Source: Asterias rubens (lineage: Eukaryota). From it: a stretch of 64,000 nucleotides of DNA. The notes beneath the pieces were generated by a model. That model was not told the DNA's origin, did not search any database, and worked only from the letters and a program-made list of their open reading frames with translations. This document shows positions 1 to 14,781 of this stretch, piece by piece. The DNA lies in contig NC_047076.1 of NCBI RefSeq assembly GCF_902459465.1, positions 9,672,001 through 9,736,000 on the forward strand. The letters are read 5' to 3'. Position 1 is the stretch's first letter. Every line of letters starts with the position of its first letter. A program made the position numbers and the translations under genes.

Positions 1-461
1 ACCCAATTTTTATATACCGATTCCCTTAAACGCTGCCAATACGCCATTGTACGGTAGCAGTAAATTCTGTGGTCGTCCGGAACACGTCGGATATGTTTGA
101 CCTAGGTTCAAAGCAGGTTACCTATAGGTTAGAAATACTATTTTGAGTCGGCTAGACATTTTCTTGTCGTATGTCGACTTATGATGAACTTACAAGTAAC
201 GTTTGTCAACAATCGTATAACTTACCTACTACTATGCGGAACTTATGAGCCACACGCTGGTATACGTCGAGAATTTTTGTGCATGCACAAAATTTCTCAA
301 CGACCTCACCTTACTTCGACTTGAATCATTGTGTTTCAGCTTTCTGCGTGCTCTTAACTTAAAAAAAACTTACCCATAACTTATCAGCGTACGCCAGCGT
401 AATCGCAAATTTTTTCATACGACAGCATATGCTTTCCAAAACGTGAAGGTGTGACAGGGCT
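1..461. mobile_element. Right end of a non-autonomous DNA transposon (PIF/Harbinger-like terminus), cut by the window edge
   Basis: CpG-rich block ending gtgtgacagggct; family assignment by resemblance only. Confidence 0.4.
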
Positions 462-1000
462 GTGAGAAAGGGAGTGAATGATATGTATCTTGAAGCATAA
501 CTTCCAGAAGAAGGTTTCTTTTTCTGAATACCATAAACTACACTGTAAGAAACTGAAAGAAAGCTACACGGTCTCCAGCCCTTTTAAAAAAAGTGATTTT
601 TACATCTTGGTTCCACCTTGGTCAAGCGCAAGAGTGCAGAAGAAATTTAAGAAAATTTGGACAGGAAAGTAATGGCTAAATGTAATATTATTTATTTTAG
701 TCTAGTCAATTCTTTGTTCAACCCCAAAAATCATTATTTATTTTAAGGAAAAAAACTCAAATGTTCTCTAATAAATTAACAAAAGTTTGAGTTCAAAGGG
801 TGTTAAGACTGGGTTGCTCTAGAAATCAAACAAGTGGTTGCAGATTTTTTTACAGTGGATTTGTTGCACATGTGAAGGCTTTCAACCAAAGTGTAAAAAG
901 GAAGCATAATTTATGCATCAAAACTTTTGTTGCCATGGCATTGGTTAAATTAGCTCTTTTCACAGTCAACATTACCTAAAGTTGAGAGCTTCACTGTGTA

Positions 1001-1433
1001 AAGCATAGTTTTCCTACATACATCAGCTGCATATGGTAAATACACATCGTTAATCTTTCCAAGCATAGTTTTCCTACATACCTCACTTGCATATGGTAAA
1101 TACACATCGTTAATCTTTCCAAGCATAGGTTTCCTACATACCTCACTTGCATATGGTAAATACACATCGTTAATCTTTCCAAGCATAGTTTTCCTACATA
1201 CCTCACTTGCATATGGTAAATACACATCGTTAATCTTTCCAAGCATAGTTTGCCTACATACCTCACTTGCATATGGTAAATACACATCGTTAATCTTTCC
1301 AAGCATAGTTTGCCTACATACCTCACTTGCATATGGTAAATACACATCGTTAATCTTTCCAAGCATAGTTTTCCTACATACATGTACATGTACCTCAGCT
1401 GCATGTGGTAAATACACATCGTTAAATCTTTCC
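1001..1433. repeat. 60-bp minisatellite, ~7 units
   Basis: aagcatagttttcctacatacctcacttgcatatggtaaatacacatcgttaatctttcc recurs in register every 60 nt. Confidence 0.97.
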
Positions 1434-1833
1434 AAAAATGTTTTTTTTGTTTGTTTAAATAAAGTGTATATTTTTAATTTGATATTCATATATGAAAAAT
1501 AATGCTCTTTAATGACTTTTTACATTTTTAACAGTAAAGAAGATTGACAAAAAATCAGGACAAATTATAGTAAGGCATCTTACAGGTATAAAAACATAAC
1601 AATTGTATGAACATGCATGACAGTGTTGCCAGGAAAAAGCATTAAAAAACCATTATATAAAAAGTGTACATTTTAAATTTAGCAAGTTTTATATATGGAA
1701 AAACGATCTTTATTGACTTTTTACATGCTGAATAATAATGTTGATTGAAAAAAACAGAACATAATAGAACAAAGCAACTTAAAGTTGTACAAACATGCAT
1801 CACAAAGACAGTATTGCCAGAAAAGTATCATTA

Positions 1834-2551
1834 ATTAGGGAATAACAGTGCGAGTACCCGGTCATCACTGCGTGGTAATGACCGGGTTGGTGGCTGGCGC
1901 TGTTAACGGACCGAGCCGGAGGCGAGGTCCATTAACAGCGCCAGCCACCAACCAAGGTCATTACCACGCAGTGAAGACCGGGTACGAACACTGTTATTCC
2001 CATTAATAAATACCTTTTTTAGCGAAATAAACGGCTAAAATTGTCCAAATTTTGTGACTTTTCTCTCAGCGGTACTTCCAGACATGTCAGGGGCCATATT
2101 TGAGCTTTTGATGGTTCCCATCTCTTTCGTGCGTTTATAATCACATTACTGATCTTTGAGACCAGTGACTCTTTTCATTAATGATTTGTTCAGCACCTTC
2201 ACTGGGGTCAAAGGAGGCAAATGATTGGACGATAGCTGTTCCTTGTGCATTAAAACGCGCGCATGAACTCGGCGTTAGTTCATACACGCGCACATGTTAC
2301 ACGCGCGCACTCAAAATTGATACATTTTCAGCGCGCGTACGCGTAAGTGCGCGAAGTTGCAATGAAACTAACAGGGATATAAATAAGCGTGCGATACAGT
2401 GTAATGCGCAAGGTTTACACAATGTATGCTGATTTAGTGGCCACTTATTCGCTATTTTCCAAAGCGGTCTTTATACCACCGTTAACACTCCCACACTTGA
2501 CCGGGTTTTGACCAATCAGAGACTTGAAACCGTCCAAGGTATTTATTAATA
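1834..2551 (+). mobile_element. Hairpin element family A, copy 1
   Basis: Hairpin 1838-2001 (apex cgagccggaggcgagg); inverted repeats attaataaatacct (about 2002) and aggtatttattaat (2537); second copy at 62013-62602. Confidence 0.85.
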
Positions 2552-4120
2552 TAAACTAAAACAATTTGTTTACCCCAAATCTGCCTAAAGTGGTCAAAAC
2601 ACAATTGCATCGGGCTGTATAGTGATTTCAAAAGTTTGTTTTGTTTAACAAGTCCCTTCCACTCTCAAAGTACATGTATATACAAAAAATCATTTACCTG
2701 ATAATAGCTAATATTAAATGTATAATTTTTGGCCATTTGTTTCATTTTCCTCTGCAAAAGTGCTAACTTTCTGGCAACACTGTTTTCGCGCACTTGAAAC
2801 ACCAAACATGTTATTGCATTTTTATGTAGGTTGGTATCTTCCAACTTTAAAAGTGTCATTAAAAGTGGCATTAAAAGTGGCATTAAAAGTGCCACTTTTA
2901 GATTTATGAGCCACTTCAATACCCCAATTTTTCGCTATAAGAAAATATGACAAAAGCACCCCTATTTGAAATAACAGTTTTATCCAAAGTTTTCAATATG
3001 GTTGTGCAATATGTGTGCAAGACAAACCCCTACTTTTCCCTCTTTAGACGTACCAGTGCTTTCATGTTACCTATATTTCAATACTTCAATACTTAACTAC
3101 AGGTAAAAACAAGATATATTTTGTAGTAGAGAGGTTTCGCTAGTGTAGAGATACAATACAGGAGCTCATACACGTCCTAGAAAAACAGATACTGTTTTGC
3201 AGACTTTTAGTTGTATTTTTGTCCTAGATCAAAAACATTTCCCACGGAATTGCTTTCACTGGTATCGTGCTAGATATAGACAGATTTTTTAAAAGTTATT
3301 TGCACGCAAAACGATGAGAAAATGCACTGTTTTAAGCATGGGGGCTCTATCAGTTATGTTTGATATAAAAACACTCATGATGGATGCGAGTGCACTCAAG
3401 TTAAACATACATGTACCAATAGTTTGTGAAACAAAAATCCAACACGCAGTTGACGTGAACGGATACGGTTATCATATCCGTATGTGTATTTGTATCCACG
3501 CTTGCAAAAACTCTCTATTATATGTGCCCATACCTACTAGGAGTTTTGCCAAAATCCATTTTGTTTAAAGTCTGTCACCTTTTTAAAATTATCTTTGATT
3601 TTAACAGCGACCCAGTCCTGGAGTATTCTAATGTGTTCATAATGCACCGCTTTTGATGTAGTGACTACCAGTTGTTTTTGTTTCTTAAAACCTCATGTCT
3701 CTTACAGATGTATCCACCTTGTTTCAACAGTCATCTGATAAAAGTTTAAGTTTGGGGGTTGGGTTTCTGAAGTTTGCACTCACCTTTAGAGTTTTCTTGT
3801 AAAGTTTTGATTTACTAACATCTCTTTTGCACAGAAGAGATTTACGTTAGAAGGATATTTTAGCATCAAACTTTTAATTTCAAACCTTTCAATGCAATTT
3901 TACACATTGTGTGCACATATGACAAGAATTCTATATAAAAACATAATAAAAATTTCTCTTGCCATCGGAAATTGCAGGAATATCACATGGTACAAGACAT
4001 GGAACTGGGTAAACACAATAGGGTAATACATGTACATAATATGCAAATAACGTATTGGACTGTAACAGTTCTCCCTCCCTCCTTCAGTTACTTTATGTGA
4101 AAATTTGACAAAATAATACA

Positions 4121-4201
4121 CACATAATGAATGTTTATGAGTGCAATGGTGCGAATATGTTCATGAGTTGAAAGATGGAATGTTCTATTCAACGAGGCGG
4201 A
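4121..4201 (+). mobile_element. Family B fragment (first hairpin arm only)
   Basis: Nearly identical to 35681-35761. Confidence 0.85.
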
Positions 4202-4525
4202 CGAACCCCATCCACCAGTTTTCCGTAGAGTATCTGCTTGGGTAGTTGGGAGTCGTCCATACGTACGAGGTGTCCACTCCAACGTAGCTGTCTGGCAAGC
4301 AACATGGACTCGACACTGGCCATACCAGCCCTGTGAAGAACCTCGTTGTTAGTGATATGGTCAGACCACTTGATGTTCAGGATGGTACGAAGATGGCGGA
4401 GTTGAATTTGATTAAGTTTCCGGATATGTCTTTGGTATACTGTGTATGTTTCAGTTGAGTAGAGAAGAGATGATAGTACCACTGCCCTGTACACCATACA
4501 TTTAGTAGAGGTTTTGATGCGACGA
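4202..4525 (-). mobile_element. RTE-clade LINE, C-terminal fragment
   Basis: VYRAVVLSSLLYSTETYT...LRWSGHLVRMDDSQLPKQILYGKL (ORF 4189..4497). Confidence 0.9.
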
Positions 4526-4529
4526 GGTT

Positions 4530-4760
4530 TTGGAACTGCCCAAATGGTGTGACAAAGGCTCTTCTTGGTTTTGCGTCTTAACAGATAAGTATTTGGTAGT
4601 ATCCCTTTGTAAGGTCAAGAGTAGATACGATTTTCGACTGTCCAACTTTATTCATGATTTGGTCAAACTGAGGCATGGGTTACGCATCAAGCTTGAAAGT
4701 ATTCTAATCATAATTTTCAGAATCTGGACCATACATGTATTCAGTACCAACCTTCGGCAT
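4530..4760 (-). mobile_element. Ty3/Gypsy reverse transcriptase fragment
   Basis: Hand translation gives DA*PMPQFDQIMNKVGQSKIVSTLDLTKGYYQI...AFVTPFGQFQ. Confidence 0.8.
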
Positions 4761-5959
4761 GTTTCTGTTGCAGCGATCAGCAGTGAGTCAGTGCATTAAA
4801 TTTGAGAAATCGCCAACTCCTGAACTGAATAGGCCGTTGATTTAAATAAAATAGTTGATTATCTGCATCTCATATGTTAACTCATTTTGATCATCTTTTA
4901 TCTTACTTTTTATCATCACCCCTGTTCTGCTGAAAAGGGTTGTACATGTACATGTATACAAATTAATCAACAAGAAAATTTACAGTATTTTTCAGAAAAA
5001 TATCAGTTCAATTTAGCATTTACATGTAGGAAGTCAGCAGTGCAACTTATACAAACGTTATGTTGATAAGTGACACCGGGTATTTAACAACCTTTTATCT
5101 AATTTAAAAAACATGAACAGAATTTATTGTGCAGGAAATGGAATTTGTACTTTTTTGAAACGAAAAATCATTGGCCCTATTTTGGATTCACACCAGTGTA
5201 TACTCAATGGAGATCTAGCATCATCAACTCATGTTTAGATTTCTCTTCCGTAGTGCATGTAATACCCCTAGTTGATAATTCGCCCATCAATTCAGAGACA
5301 TTCATTCTGTGAAAAGTGGGCTCTGCCAAAGTGAATCTAATTGCTATGACTAAATTAACTTAATACGCCAGGCAATTGCCCATGAACCTCATTAAATATT
5401 GTCAGGAAGAACATCAATTTAAATCAAATTCAAAAATCAAATCCCCCACCAAAATTATTTACGTGTATGAAATACAAAATACAGCTTAGTCTGTAAATAA
5501 ACGCATTACAAACCACACAGAGCTCACCCATGGGGATACAGAGTACCAGACCAAACAATAATTATCATGAAAAAGTCTTACCCAATGTGTACGAAATCAC
5601 AAGTACATTAGGTTCAATATTGATCAATATGCATATAAATACTGATCAGATCGGTTGCAATGTGAGCTTATGACAATACCAAATAATTATAATAAATACC
5701 CATATCACCAACTAAAGTTCGGTCCAACTTGCTGTGCAAGTTCAATTCAGTTTCAGTCAAATTTATAGTTGGTTTGACAATCAAGTTAAAATCAAAGTTC
5801 GCATTGTTCTTTTTAGACTTTCAATTTCCAGAAATTGTGAAACTTTGCTTCGATATTCAAACTGTGGATACAAATACGCCCCCACCAGCCTACATAAATC
5901 AGAAAGGTGGAGGAGGGGGCCACGCCGCAGTAAAAATGTAAGACCAGTTATTCGCCGGA

Positions 5960-6590
5960 TGTCATGCAGGGAGGTCCAAGCAAGAGGGGAAATCATAGTT
6001 TGAGGGTGGCAACATGGACCATTGGCAGCATGTCGAGGAGGTCTGGGGAGGTGGTTGATGCGATTGTGAGGAGGAGAGTGGATATGTGTTGTGTACAGGA
6101 GTCAAGGTAGAAGGGGTAGTGCAAGGTGGCTTGATAGGAGGGATGAGCAGTACAAGTTCTTTTGGATGGGCACTGATGATGGGAGCGATGGACCCGGGAT
6201 GTTGCTGGTGGAACGGTGTGTTGACCAGGTGATGGCGGTTTGAGCGAACGTGAACAAATCCTTTGGTGAGGCTACTGGTCAGGGGGAGAGTGGTCAACGT
6301 TCTCAGCCTATTGCCAACATCCAGGTCGGAGGTCACAGGAAGAGAAGGATTCCTTCTGGAATCAGATGGTCAAGGTAGTCTCAAGGTTGCCACTGAGAGA
6401 GGCTGTGCAGATGGTAACCAGTTATGATGGCATGCCTGCATGGAGGCATAGGTTATGGTGATGTCGTGGGAGAGCGGATTCTCAAGGTGACACGTTGAGT
6501 AGTCAGGTGGCTTAGCGAAATTACCGTTGCACGGCGGACTTAAGCACCATTTTTGGCACAGGGCTTCCTAAGGGTCTCATAATTAATACT
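5960..6590 (-). mobile_element. Degenerate GC-rich retroelement remnant (possibly LINE endonuclease)
   Basis: GC-rich island with broken coding character; no decisive motif. Confidence 0.3.
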
Positions 6591-6629
6591 TACTTTTGTA
6601 AATCAGAAAATTTCAAAATGGCCGCCAAA

Positions 6630-6695
6630 TATAACAAGAACAAGAACAAGAACAAGAAAACAAGAAAACAAGAAAACAAGAAAACAAGAAAACAA
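6630..6695. repeat. (aacaag)n/(aaaacaag)n microsatellite
   Basis: Read directly. Confidence 0.9.
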
Positions 6696-6829
6696 GTTTG
6701 TAAAGCGTCAAATTACCAACTATGTAGTTGTAACAATGTTTTATTTTATTTATTTATTGTTTAATATTGGTTGCGCACATCATGTATACATGTATATATA
6801 TTCTTGACAAAGGTATCTTTCTCTGCCTG

Positions 6830-8050
6830 TATCCGAGCCACCAAGGTGCACAATTCAGCTCCCATTGATTCATCTACATGTACATGTATACACATGGGAC
6901 CTGAGAAATAATCCAAGGAGGATTGCCGATTCATCTGATGGGCTGATTTGAGAGGCTGACAATCTGTGGCTGGGAGATCTACTCTGTTGGGAGGCCCTGA
7001 TTATTCTGCTGGAAGTTCTCCAGGATATCTCTCACATTTTCGAGAAGGCATTCTTCTTGAAGTTGCTTCCATCACTAATAAAAACAACATGTTTTCTGTG
7101 AGTTCAAGCGCTCCACTTGAATCTTTCACACTCTTGTTCTTCTGCTCATGAGCTTGATCATAGGGATCACAGGGAATTTATTGTGAGTTTCGAAAGTTTG
7201 GAAAGGACCACGTGAATAACTTCTCAAACTTATCATTGATAAGGCAAGAAGTTCATCTCTGATGCAGACAGCAGGCATCCTCCGTGAGTAGTTTACATGG
7301 TTCAAGGCAAAGAACAGAAGTGTGAGTTCCTGCAAGACAATCAACATATAGAAAGAGGGGAGTATTCTCTTTGTGAGCCCCGATGAAGATGAGAATGAGG
7401 ACAGATGTATACTACTTGTTGGGGGGGGGGGTGAATGAATTATAGCAGGGTTACCAATTATGTTCATGAATAATAATAAAAAAAGACAAGGAACTGGTGA
7501 GAGTTGGTTCCTTATTATTCAGGGCACAATTGGGGAAAAGAACCATGACGGTAGGTTTTAGTGGGTAGGTAATACCACATTAACGATTCCACAACTACCT
7601 CTCGCAAATTCCCATCGAACTCTCCCTGAATACACTGAATATAATCTTGAAGATGCAATACAAAGACCTTATAAGCCCATTTCAAAGCATGACTCCCATA
7701 TTGCTTTTTACAATGTAGTTATTGCTTGAAATTACCGTTTTCACCAGTGATGTTCACGTTGGTAGCCGTAGCTGGTGTACATGGTGTAGGAGGGAAGTTC
7801 TGATGGCCAACACTACTCAATGTATTCTGTCTTCATTTTCACCCTTGCATTTCCAAAAGAAAGTATAGCCTCCTTACAGCTTGGGGGTTTAGCTTTCCTC
7901 TACAAGTCTTGTCTCACTAAGGGCAGCAATGTCGATGATGTAGCGCCCCAGCTATCTTTACACTAACGCTGTCTATCCATAAGTGTTTGGACATTACATG
8001 CTCCAAAATTCAGTTTTCTTTTACTTATCCGTTTGTTCTGTCCGCCATGT
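6830..8050 (-). mobile_element. RTE-clade LINE, 5' (endonuclease) fragment
   Basis: LNFGACNVQTLMD...SETRL start of an APE domain; KKNAFSKM further downstream. Confidence 0.75.
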
Positions 8051-10541
8051 GGGTAAACTGCCAGCCGGCCGTGTATGCTAAAAAGTGCAGATGGGACAAG
8101 CAATATTTGAGACACCTTTTATAGTCGCCTCCGTCATACAAGGGTGAGCAGTTCCGGTTCCGGTTGACCAGGAAGTAAAGGTCAAGACAGGGTCATGGTA
8201 ACCTTAACTCGCTTTTAAATGCCCAAGGAGTCTATAACTGAAAAAAAAAAAAAAAAAAAATGGAAACTGGTTGTGTAGTTCTTGAAATATGGTCCCACTT
8301 CCGGTTGACCTAGAAGTAAAGGCATGCAATTTTGCATATTATAGATTGAAATTGGCGTCTACAAACTGTGGTTAATAACCACTAATCGGTACCAAATTAG
8401 CCAGCTCTAAAATTTGATGCACCCATCAGTATATCAATCTTCAAAGTGCTGGAATAGAAATGAATTTTGTTGTTTTAAAGAAGGGTACAATTTGTTTTTA
8501 AATTATGGTTTTGTATTTAAACAGAGACTTTTATGACATATGCAAAAACAAAAACAGACTTGATTTTTGCCTTTTTGTTTGCGGGACATTTTAATGGTTA
8601 ACATTTTTTTTTTAAAATCATGTTAGCCATGAAATTGACATATTATCAATTAACAATTTTCCAAGTTCTGCTAATATTTCAGAATTAGTTGGAATAAAAC
8701 AGATCTTCACCTTCAGAGTTGAGCAAAATGCCCTGTATTGTATGTGTTCTATATTTCGAACACGCGGCTGGCTATTTCAGAAACGCGGCTGACTATTTCG
8801 GGCCCAATACTGTGCTAGCTTCCGTTCAGTTGTCAGTATTTGTCAGCAGACAGCATGGACTGCTCCCTCACCCCTAACGCCCATCTCATTGAACCTAAGA
8901 ACCATACTAAAGACCTTTCTTTTGTTGATAAACAAACCGCCTTGGTTGGCATGGTTGGCCGAATGTTAGTAAAAACACTAAATCATAAAAACAGATGTTT
9001 TAACAAAGTTCAACATTTTCTGCCAACTTTCAGTTAAATAAAATACCTCTCATAATTAATTGTTTTGTTTTAAACAAAATAAATTTTGGTTACATTGTTA
9101 CAAGAAATAGCTATCTTTTCTTGATTTTCTTGATTTGCTTTTCATAGTTTTCCATTCTGGGTTGGCAAAAACACGGGCTGTAGCGTTGCAAAAGAAAGGT
9201 ATATACCGCCCACAGTATGAATCTGGCCCGATCTAAAACATTATGGATATGGGAAGCAATACTAAATATCCCACAATTCCGTTTTTGCACATAAGAATGA
9301 ACATCGCACATGTATTGTAGGACGTCCTGTTTCCAAGGTGTCCCTAAAATTGTGGCAAATCTTTTACCTCTCAAGTGCGCGATGTAAACAGTCCCTAGTG
9401 AAAATGTTTGTGGTTTGACTTGCCAAGCCAAGAGTCACCTCTACCTTGACTTAGAAACACATAAGGCTGCACTGGTTAGTTGAACTTTGTAAAAGCAAAA
9501 AGTTTTGGTATTTAAGGCATTTCTTCAAGGTACAAAAATGTTGTGGCCATATAAAATAAAAATTGCCCACCGAGAAAGTTTCATCAAACACTTTTTCAAT
9601 TCACAATTCACTATGATCAAATAATGTGACTTAATATTCGGCTGAGCACTCAGAGGCTTAAAGAAGCCATGTGCCTTATATTTTCTAATATATTTTGAAT
9701 TTTTTAAAGACGTTTTATTGTACTCATTTTGTAATTGTACATGTCTTTCCTACTCCTGACGATAAGGGGGCAATTTGTGCCACAAGATTATTATGTGGTT
9801 GTGAATAGTAAGTAGTAAGGGACACAACTGGTTCACCAAACAAGTACAGCATGGTTCATACTTCCTGCGAATGCGAATCAAATTTTCAAGTCAAGGTGCT
9901 GTTTTCATAGCGAAAGTTTCGCAGGAGTTGAGCACAAGTCAACAGAAGCAAATTATTTGTTGCATTCGCATTCGCAGGAAGTATGAACCGAGCTGACGTA
10001 TTAATAAGGCAAAGTAAACCCAACGTATGTAGGGCCCAGTTTATGGTTTTACTTACAAATCCGCAACATTTTGTGCTGACGATCACCTTTCTCCGCTTAC
10101 TGTGCTAGCGATGAGGGTATGCACACGCTGCAGCAATAATCCCTTCTAAGCTGTAAAATTTTAACGTTAGGGCAATTCTCTGCTTCCGTAAGCGCCGATT
10201 CTTCCCTTATGGTATGCAGAGCCTTAGAATCACTTCGCTTATTCTGAATGCTTTTGCTGATTCGTAACCATTTCGCTTATTCGTTACAGTTTTGCTTATT
10301 TATATGGTACGTTACATTACATCATTCAATGTTTCACCACAAGACACATGAATGATAGGCCTACTACAATTTCAATTTTTTTAAATGTCCACGAATGAAT
10401 CAATTCGCGTACTCAGAATCACTTTGTTGATTTGGAATCTGTTTGCTTAATCTGAATTTCGCTTTAATATTCGTAACCATTATGCTTGTTGATAAAGATT
10501 TTGAAGTTTCTTAATAACACTGAACATCATGATTAACTACA

Positions 10542-10716
10542 GCGGGTCGATTTCACAAAGAGTTAGGACTCGTCTTATCTTGAGTTAGGACGAGTAACTC
10601 ATCCTAACTGAGGATTAATCTTAAGGTCTGCATGCTACAGTGCAGGGTTGGGACTCGTCCTACAGTATGCCCTAAGATTAGTCTTAAGTTAGGAAGAGTT
10701 TTGTGAAATCGACGGC
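10542..10716. mobile_element. Short MITE with gtcgatttcacaaa terminal inverted repeats
   Basis: gtcgatttcacaaa...tttgtgaaatcgac, with internal ttaggac/gtccta motifs. Confidence 0.75.
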
Positions 10717-11916
10717 AGGACACTTACATACATTGATAGTAGGCCTACCATTTCGATGGTCATTTATAAAAAGCTTCCAAATCTCAGGCAGGTGTATTCG
10801 TGATGCACTGTCCACTTTACTCGTACGAAATGATGCCTATAGATCAAAGCCAAAAAAATAAGTAAAGTTTTTATGTTCCACATAGGTTTGTCTTCAGTGA
10901 TAAGTTTTAGACAGAAAAGTCTGGCACTTTGTGGTGCTTCACAACACAAAGAGAAAAACTTCAAAAATAGCGCTACTCGCGAATTTTTTTTGTTACATAT
11001 TCGTACTACAATCGTTGAACCATGGAGGTATGGTAGAATGGTACATGTAGAACCATGTATAGAAACGCCTTGAGTAGAACGTACACCAAAGATCGTGCTG
11101 AGCAAGGACACAATCAGGATCGGTTATATTTTCAGGAAAGAAGCTTCTCATTATCCAAAAATTGAAAAAAAAAAAAAGAATACGTAGTAATGTTTGTTTT
11201 AATGTAGGTACATATTTCTTATTGTAAAAAAAAAGGTAAAATGTTTAACCCATTATATTGTTTTCGTTGAGATTCCCAAAGGATTCACACCTCGTTTCAC
11301 TAGCTTTGAAAGAAATACGGTAACCCGTGGTGCCAATTGGAACTAATAAATTTGGAATGATTTTATATATTATATAATAAATGTATACAATTAATGCAAA
11401 TAATTTCAAGATGGCGTGACATGAAGTTACTTCATTTTGCATAACTTCAATACCCAGAGAATCGACATATGAAGAAAATTTGAAAATTGGACGTTAATTT
11501 TGTGAGATATGGTGTTAACAAGATTGCCTAATTAAATATTCATTATTCATGCTAACTCAGCTAATTGATTAAGAAATTGAACAACACCAAGTGGAGTGAT
11601 TGAGTTACGTACTTAGCTTTGATTCAATATAGGTCTCAAGTCTGTCATATCTATTGTTTTTAAGATTAAGAAAAAGGAAAAAAAATCGTATGGCATTTAA
11701 AAAAAAAAAGTTCTTTAAAACTCAAAACTCAATGAATACAATAGCTGTTTTGACGGAAGTTCAGAAGCTAATAAAATCATTCCCCCAACCCCCAAGCAAA
11801 CACACCACCAACACAAACAACATGCAAACACCCAAACAAGCCAACACCTACAGAACACCAAATCATTAACACCACAGTTAACATGTAAGAACTCGCCAAC
11901 AAACACGCGAACGCCA

Positions 11917-14781
11917 CAACATATGTACCCCTACCACAACATATGTACCCCTACCGCAACAAACGTACCCCTACCTTAACAAACGCACCCCTACCACAAC
12001 AAACGTACCCCTACCACAACAAACACACCCCTACCACAACAAATGCACTCCTACCACAACAAACATACCCCTACCACAACAAATGCACTCCTACCACAAC
12101 AAACGCACCCCTACCACAACAAACGTACCCCTACCACAACAAACGTACCCCTACCACAACAAACGCACCCCTACCACAACAAATGCACCCCTACCACAAC
12201 AAACGTACCCCTACCACAACAAATGTACCCCTACCACAACAAATGCACCCCTACCACAACAAACGTACCCCTACCACAACAAATGTACCCCTACCACAAC
12301 AAACGCACCCCTACCACAACAAATGCACCCCTATCACAACAAACGTACCCCTACCACAACAAACGCACCCCTACCACAACAAACGAACCCCTACCACAAC
12401 AAACCCACCCCTACCACAACAAACGCGCCCTTACCACAACAAACGTACCCCTACCACAACAACTGTACCCCTACCAAAACAAACGTACCCCTACCACAAC
12501 AAACGCACCCCTACCACAACCAAGGTACCCCTACCACAACAAACGCACCCCTGCCACAACCAAGGTACCCCTACCACAACAAATGCACCCCTACCACAAC
12601 AAACGTACTACCCTACCACAACAAACGTACCCCTACCACAACAAACGTACCCCTACCACAACAAACGTACCCCTACCACAACAAACGTACCCCTACCACA
12701 ACAAACGCACCCCTACCACAACAAATGCACCCCTATCACAACAAACGTACCCCTACCACAACAAACGTACCCCTACCACAACAAACACACCCCTACCACA
12801 ACAAACATACCCCTACCACAACAAATGCACCCCTACCACAACAAACGCACCCCTACCACAATAAACGCACCCCTACCACAACAAACGTACCTCTACCACA
12901 ACAACACACCCCTACCACAACAAACGCACCCCTACCACAACAAACGCACCCCTACCACAACAAACATACCCCTACCACAACAAACGCACCCCTACCACAC
13001 AAACGCACCCCTACCACAACAAATGCACCCCTATCACAACAAACGCACCCCTACCACAACAAACGCACCCCTACCACAACAAACGAACCCCTACCACCAT
13101 AAACCCACCCCACCACAACAAACGTACCCTTACCACAACAAACCTACCCCTACCACAACAACTGTACCCCTACCAAAACAAACGTACCACTACCACAACA
13201 AACGCACCCCTACCACAACCAAGGTACCCCTACCACAACAAACGCACCCCTACCACAACCAAGGTACCCCTACCACAACAAACACATCCCTACCACAACA
13301 AAGGCTACCCTACCACAACAAACGTACCCCAACCACAACAAACGCACCCCTACCACAACAAACGCACCCCTACCACAACAAATGCACCCCTATCACAACA
13401 AACGTACCCCTACCACAACAAACGCACCCCTACCACAACAAACGAACCCCTTCCACAACAAACCCATCCCTACCACAACAAACGCACCCTTACCACAACA
13501 AACGTACCCCTACCACAACAACTGTACCCCTACCAAAACAAGCGTACCCCTTCCACAACAAACGCACCCCTACCACAACCAAGGTACCCCTACCACAACA
13601 AACGCACCCCTACCACAACCAAGGTACCCCTACCACAACAAACGCACCCCTACCACAACAAACGTACTACCCTACCACAACAAACGTACCCCTACCACAA
13701 CAAACGTACCCCTACCACAACAAACGCACCCCTACCACAACAAATGCACCATTATCACAACAAACGTACCCCTACCACAACAACAACCCCTACCACAACA
13801 CACGAAACCCTACCACAACAAACCCACCCCTACCACAACAAACGCACCCTTACCACAACAAACATACCCCTACCACAAAAACTGTACCCCTTCCGAAACA
13901 AACGTACCCCTACCACAACAAACGCACCCCTACCACAACCAAGGTACCCCTACCACAACAAACGCACCCCTACCACAACCAAGGTACCCCTACCACAACA
14001 AACGCATCCCTACCACAACAAAGGCTACCCTACCACAACAAACGTACCCCAACCACAACAAACGCACCCCTACCACAACAAACGCACCCCTACCACAACA
14101 AATGCACCCCTATCACAACAAACGTACCCCTACCACAACAAACGCACCCCTACCACAACAAACGAACCCCTACCACAACAAACCCATCCCTACCACAACA
14201 AACGCACCCTTACCACAACAAACGTACCCCTACCACAACAACTGTACCCCTACCAAAACAAACGTACCCCTTCCACAACAAACGCACCCCTACCACAACC
14301 AAGGTACCCCTACCACAACAAACGCACCCCTACCACAACCAAGGTACCCCTACCACAACAAACGCACCCCTACCACAACAAACGTACTACCCTACCACAA
14401 CAAACGTACCCCTACCACAACAAACGTACCCCTACCACAACAAACGCACCCCTACCACAACAAATGCACCATTATCACAACAAACGTACCCCTACCACAA
14501 CAACAACCCCTACCACAACACACGAAACCCTACCACAACAAACCCACCCCTACCACAACAAACGCACCCTTACCACTTCAAACATACCCCTACCACAACA
14601 ACTGTACCCCTTCCAAAACAAACGTACCCCTACCACAACAAACGCACCCCTACCACAACCAAGGTACCCCTACCACAACAAACGCACCCCTACCACAACA
14701 AACGTACTACCCTACCACAACAAACGTACCCCTACCACAACAAACGCACCCCTACCACAACAAACGCACCCCTACCACAAC
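11917..14781. repeat. 20-bp minisatellite (aaacgYacccctaccacaac), ~140 units, with higher-order periodicity
   Basis: Read directly; the + strand is almost G-free, so all three + frames stay open for long stretches. Confidence 0.98.

Noticed and set aside
950-1489. Repetitive ORFs here and at 47943-48709 and 58669-58984 as repeat proteins
   Set aside because: They coincide exactly with minisatellites, are open in several frames and have no splice or domain support.
3708-3743. Candidate 36-bp upstream AMPK gamma exon (DVSTLFQQSSDK)
   Set aside because: The acceptor is good but the donor (gtttaa) is weak and there is no homology support.
10111-10116. Candidate first coding exon ATGAGG|gtatgc
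   Set aside because: It is phase 0, incompatible with phase-1 exon A, and no bridging exon was found.
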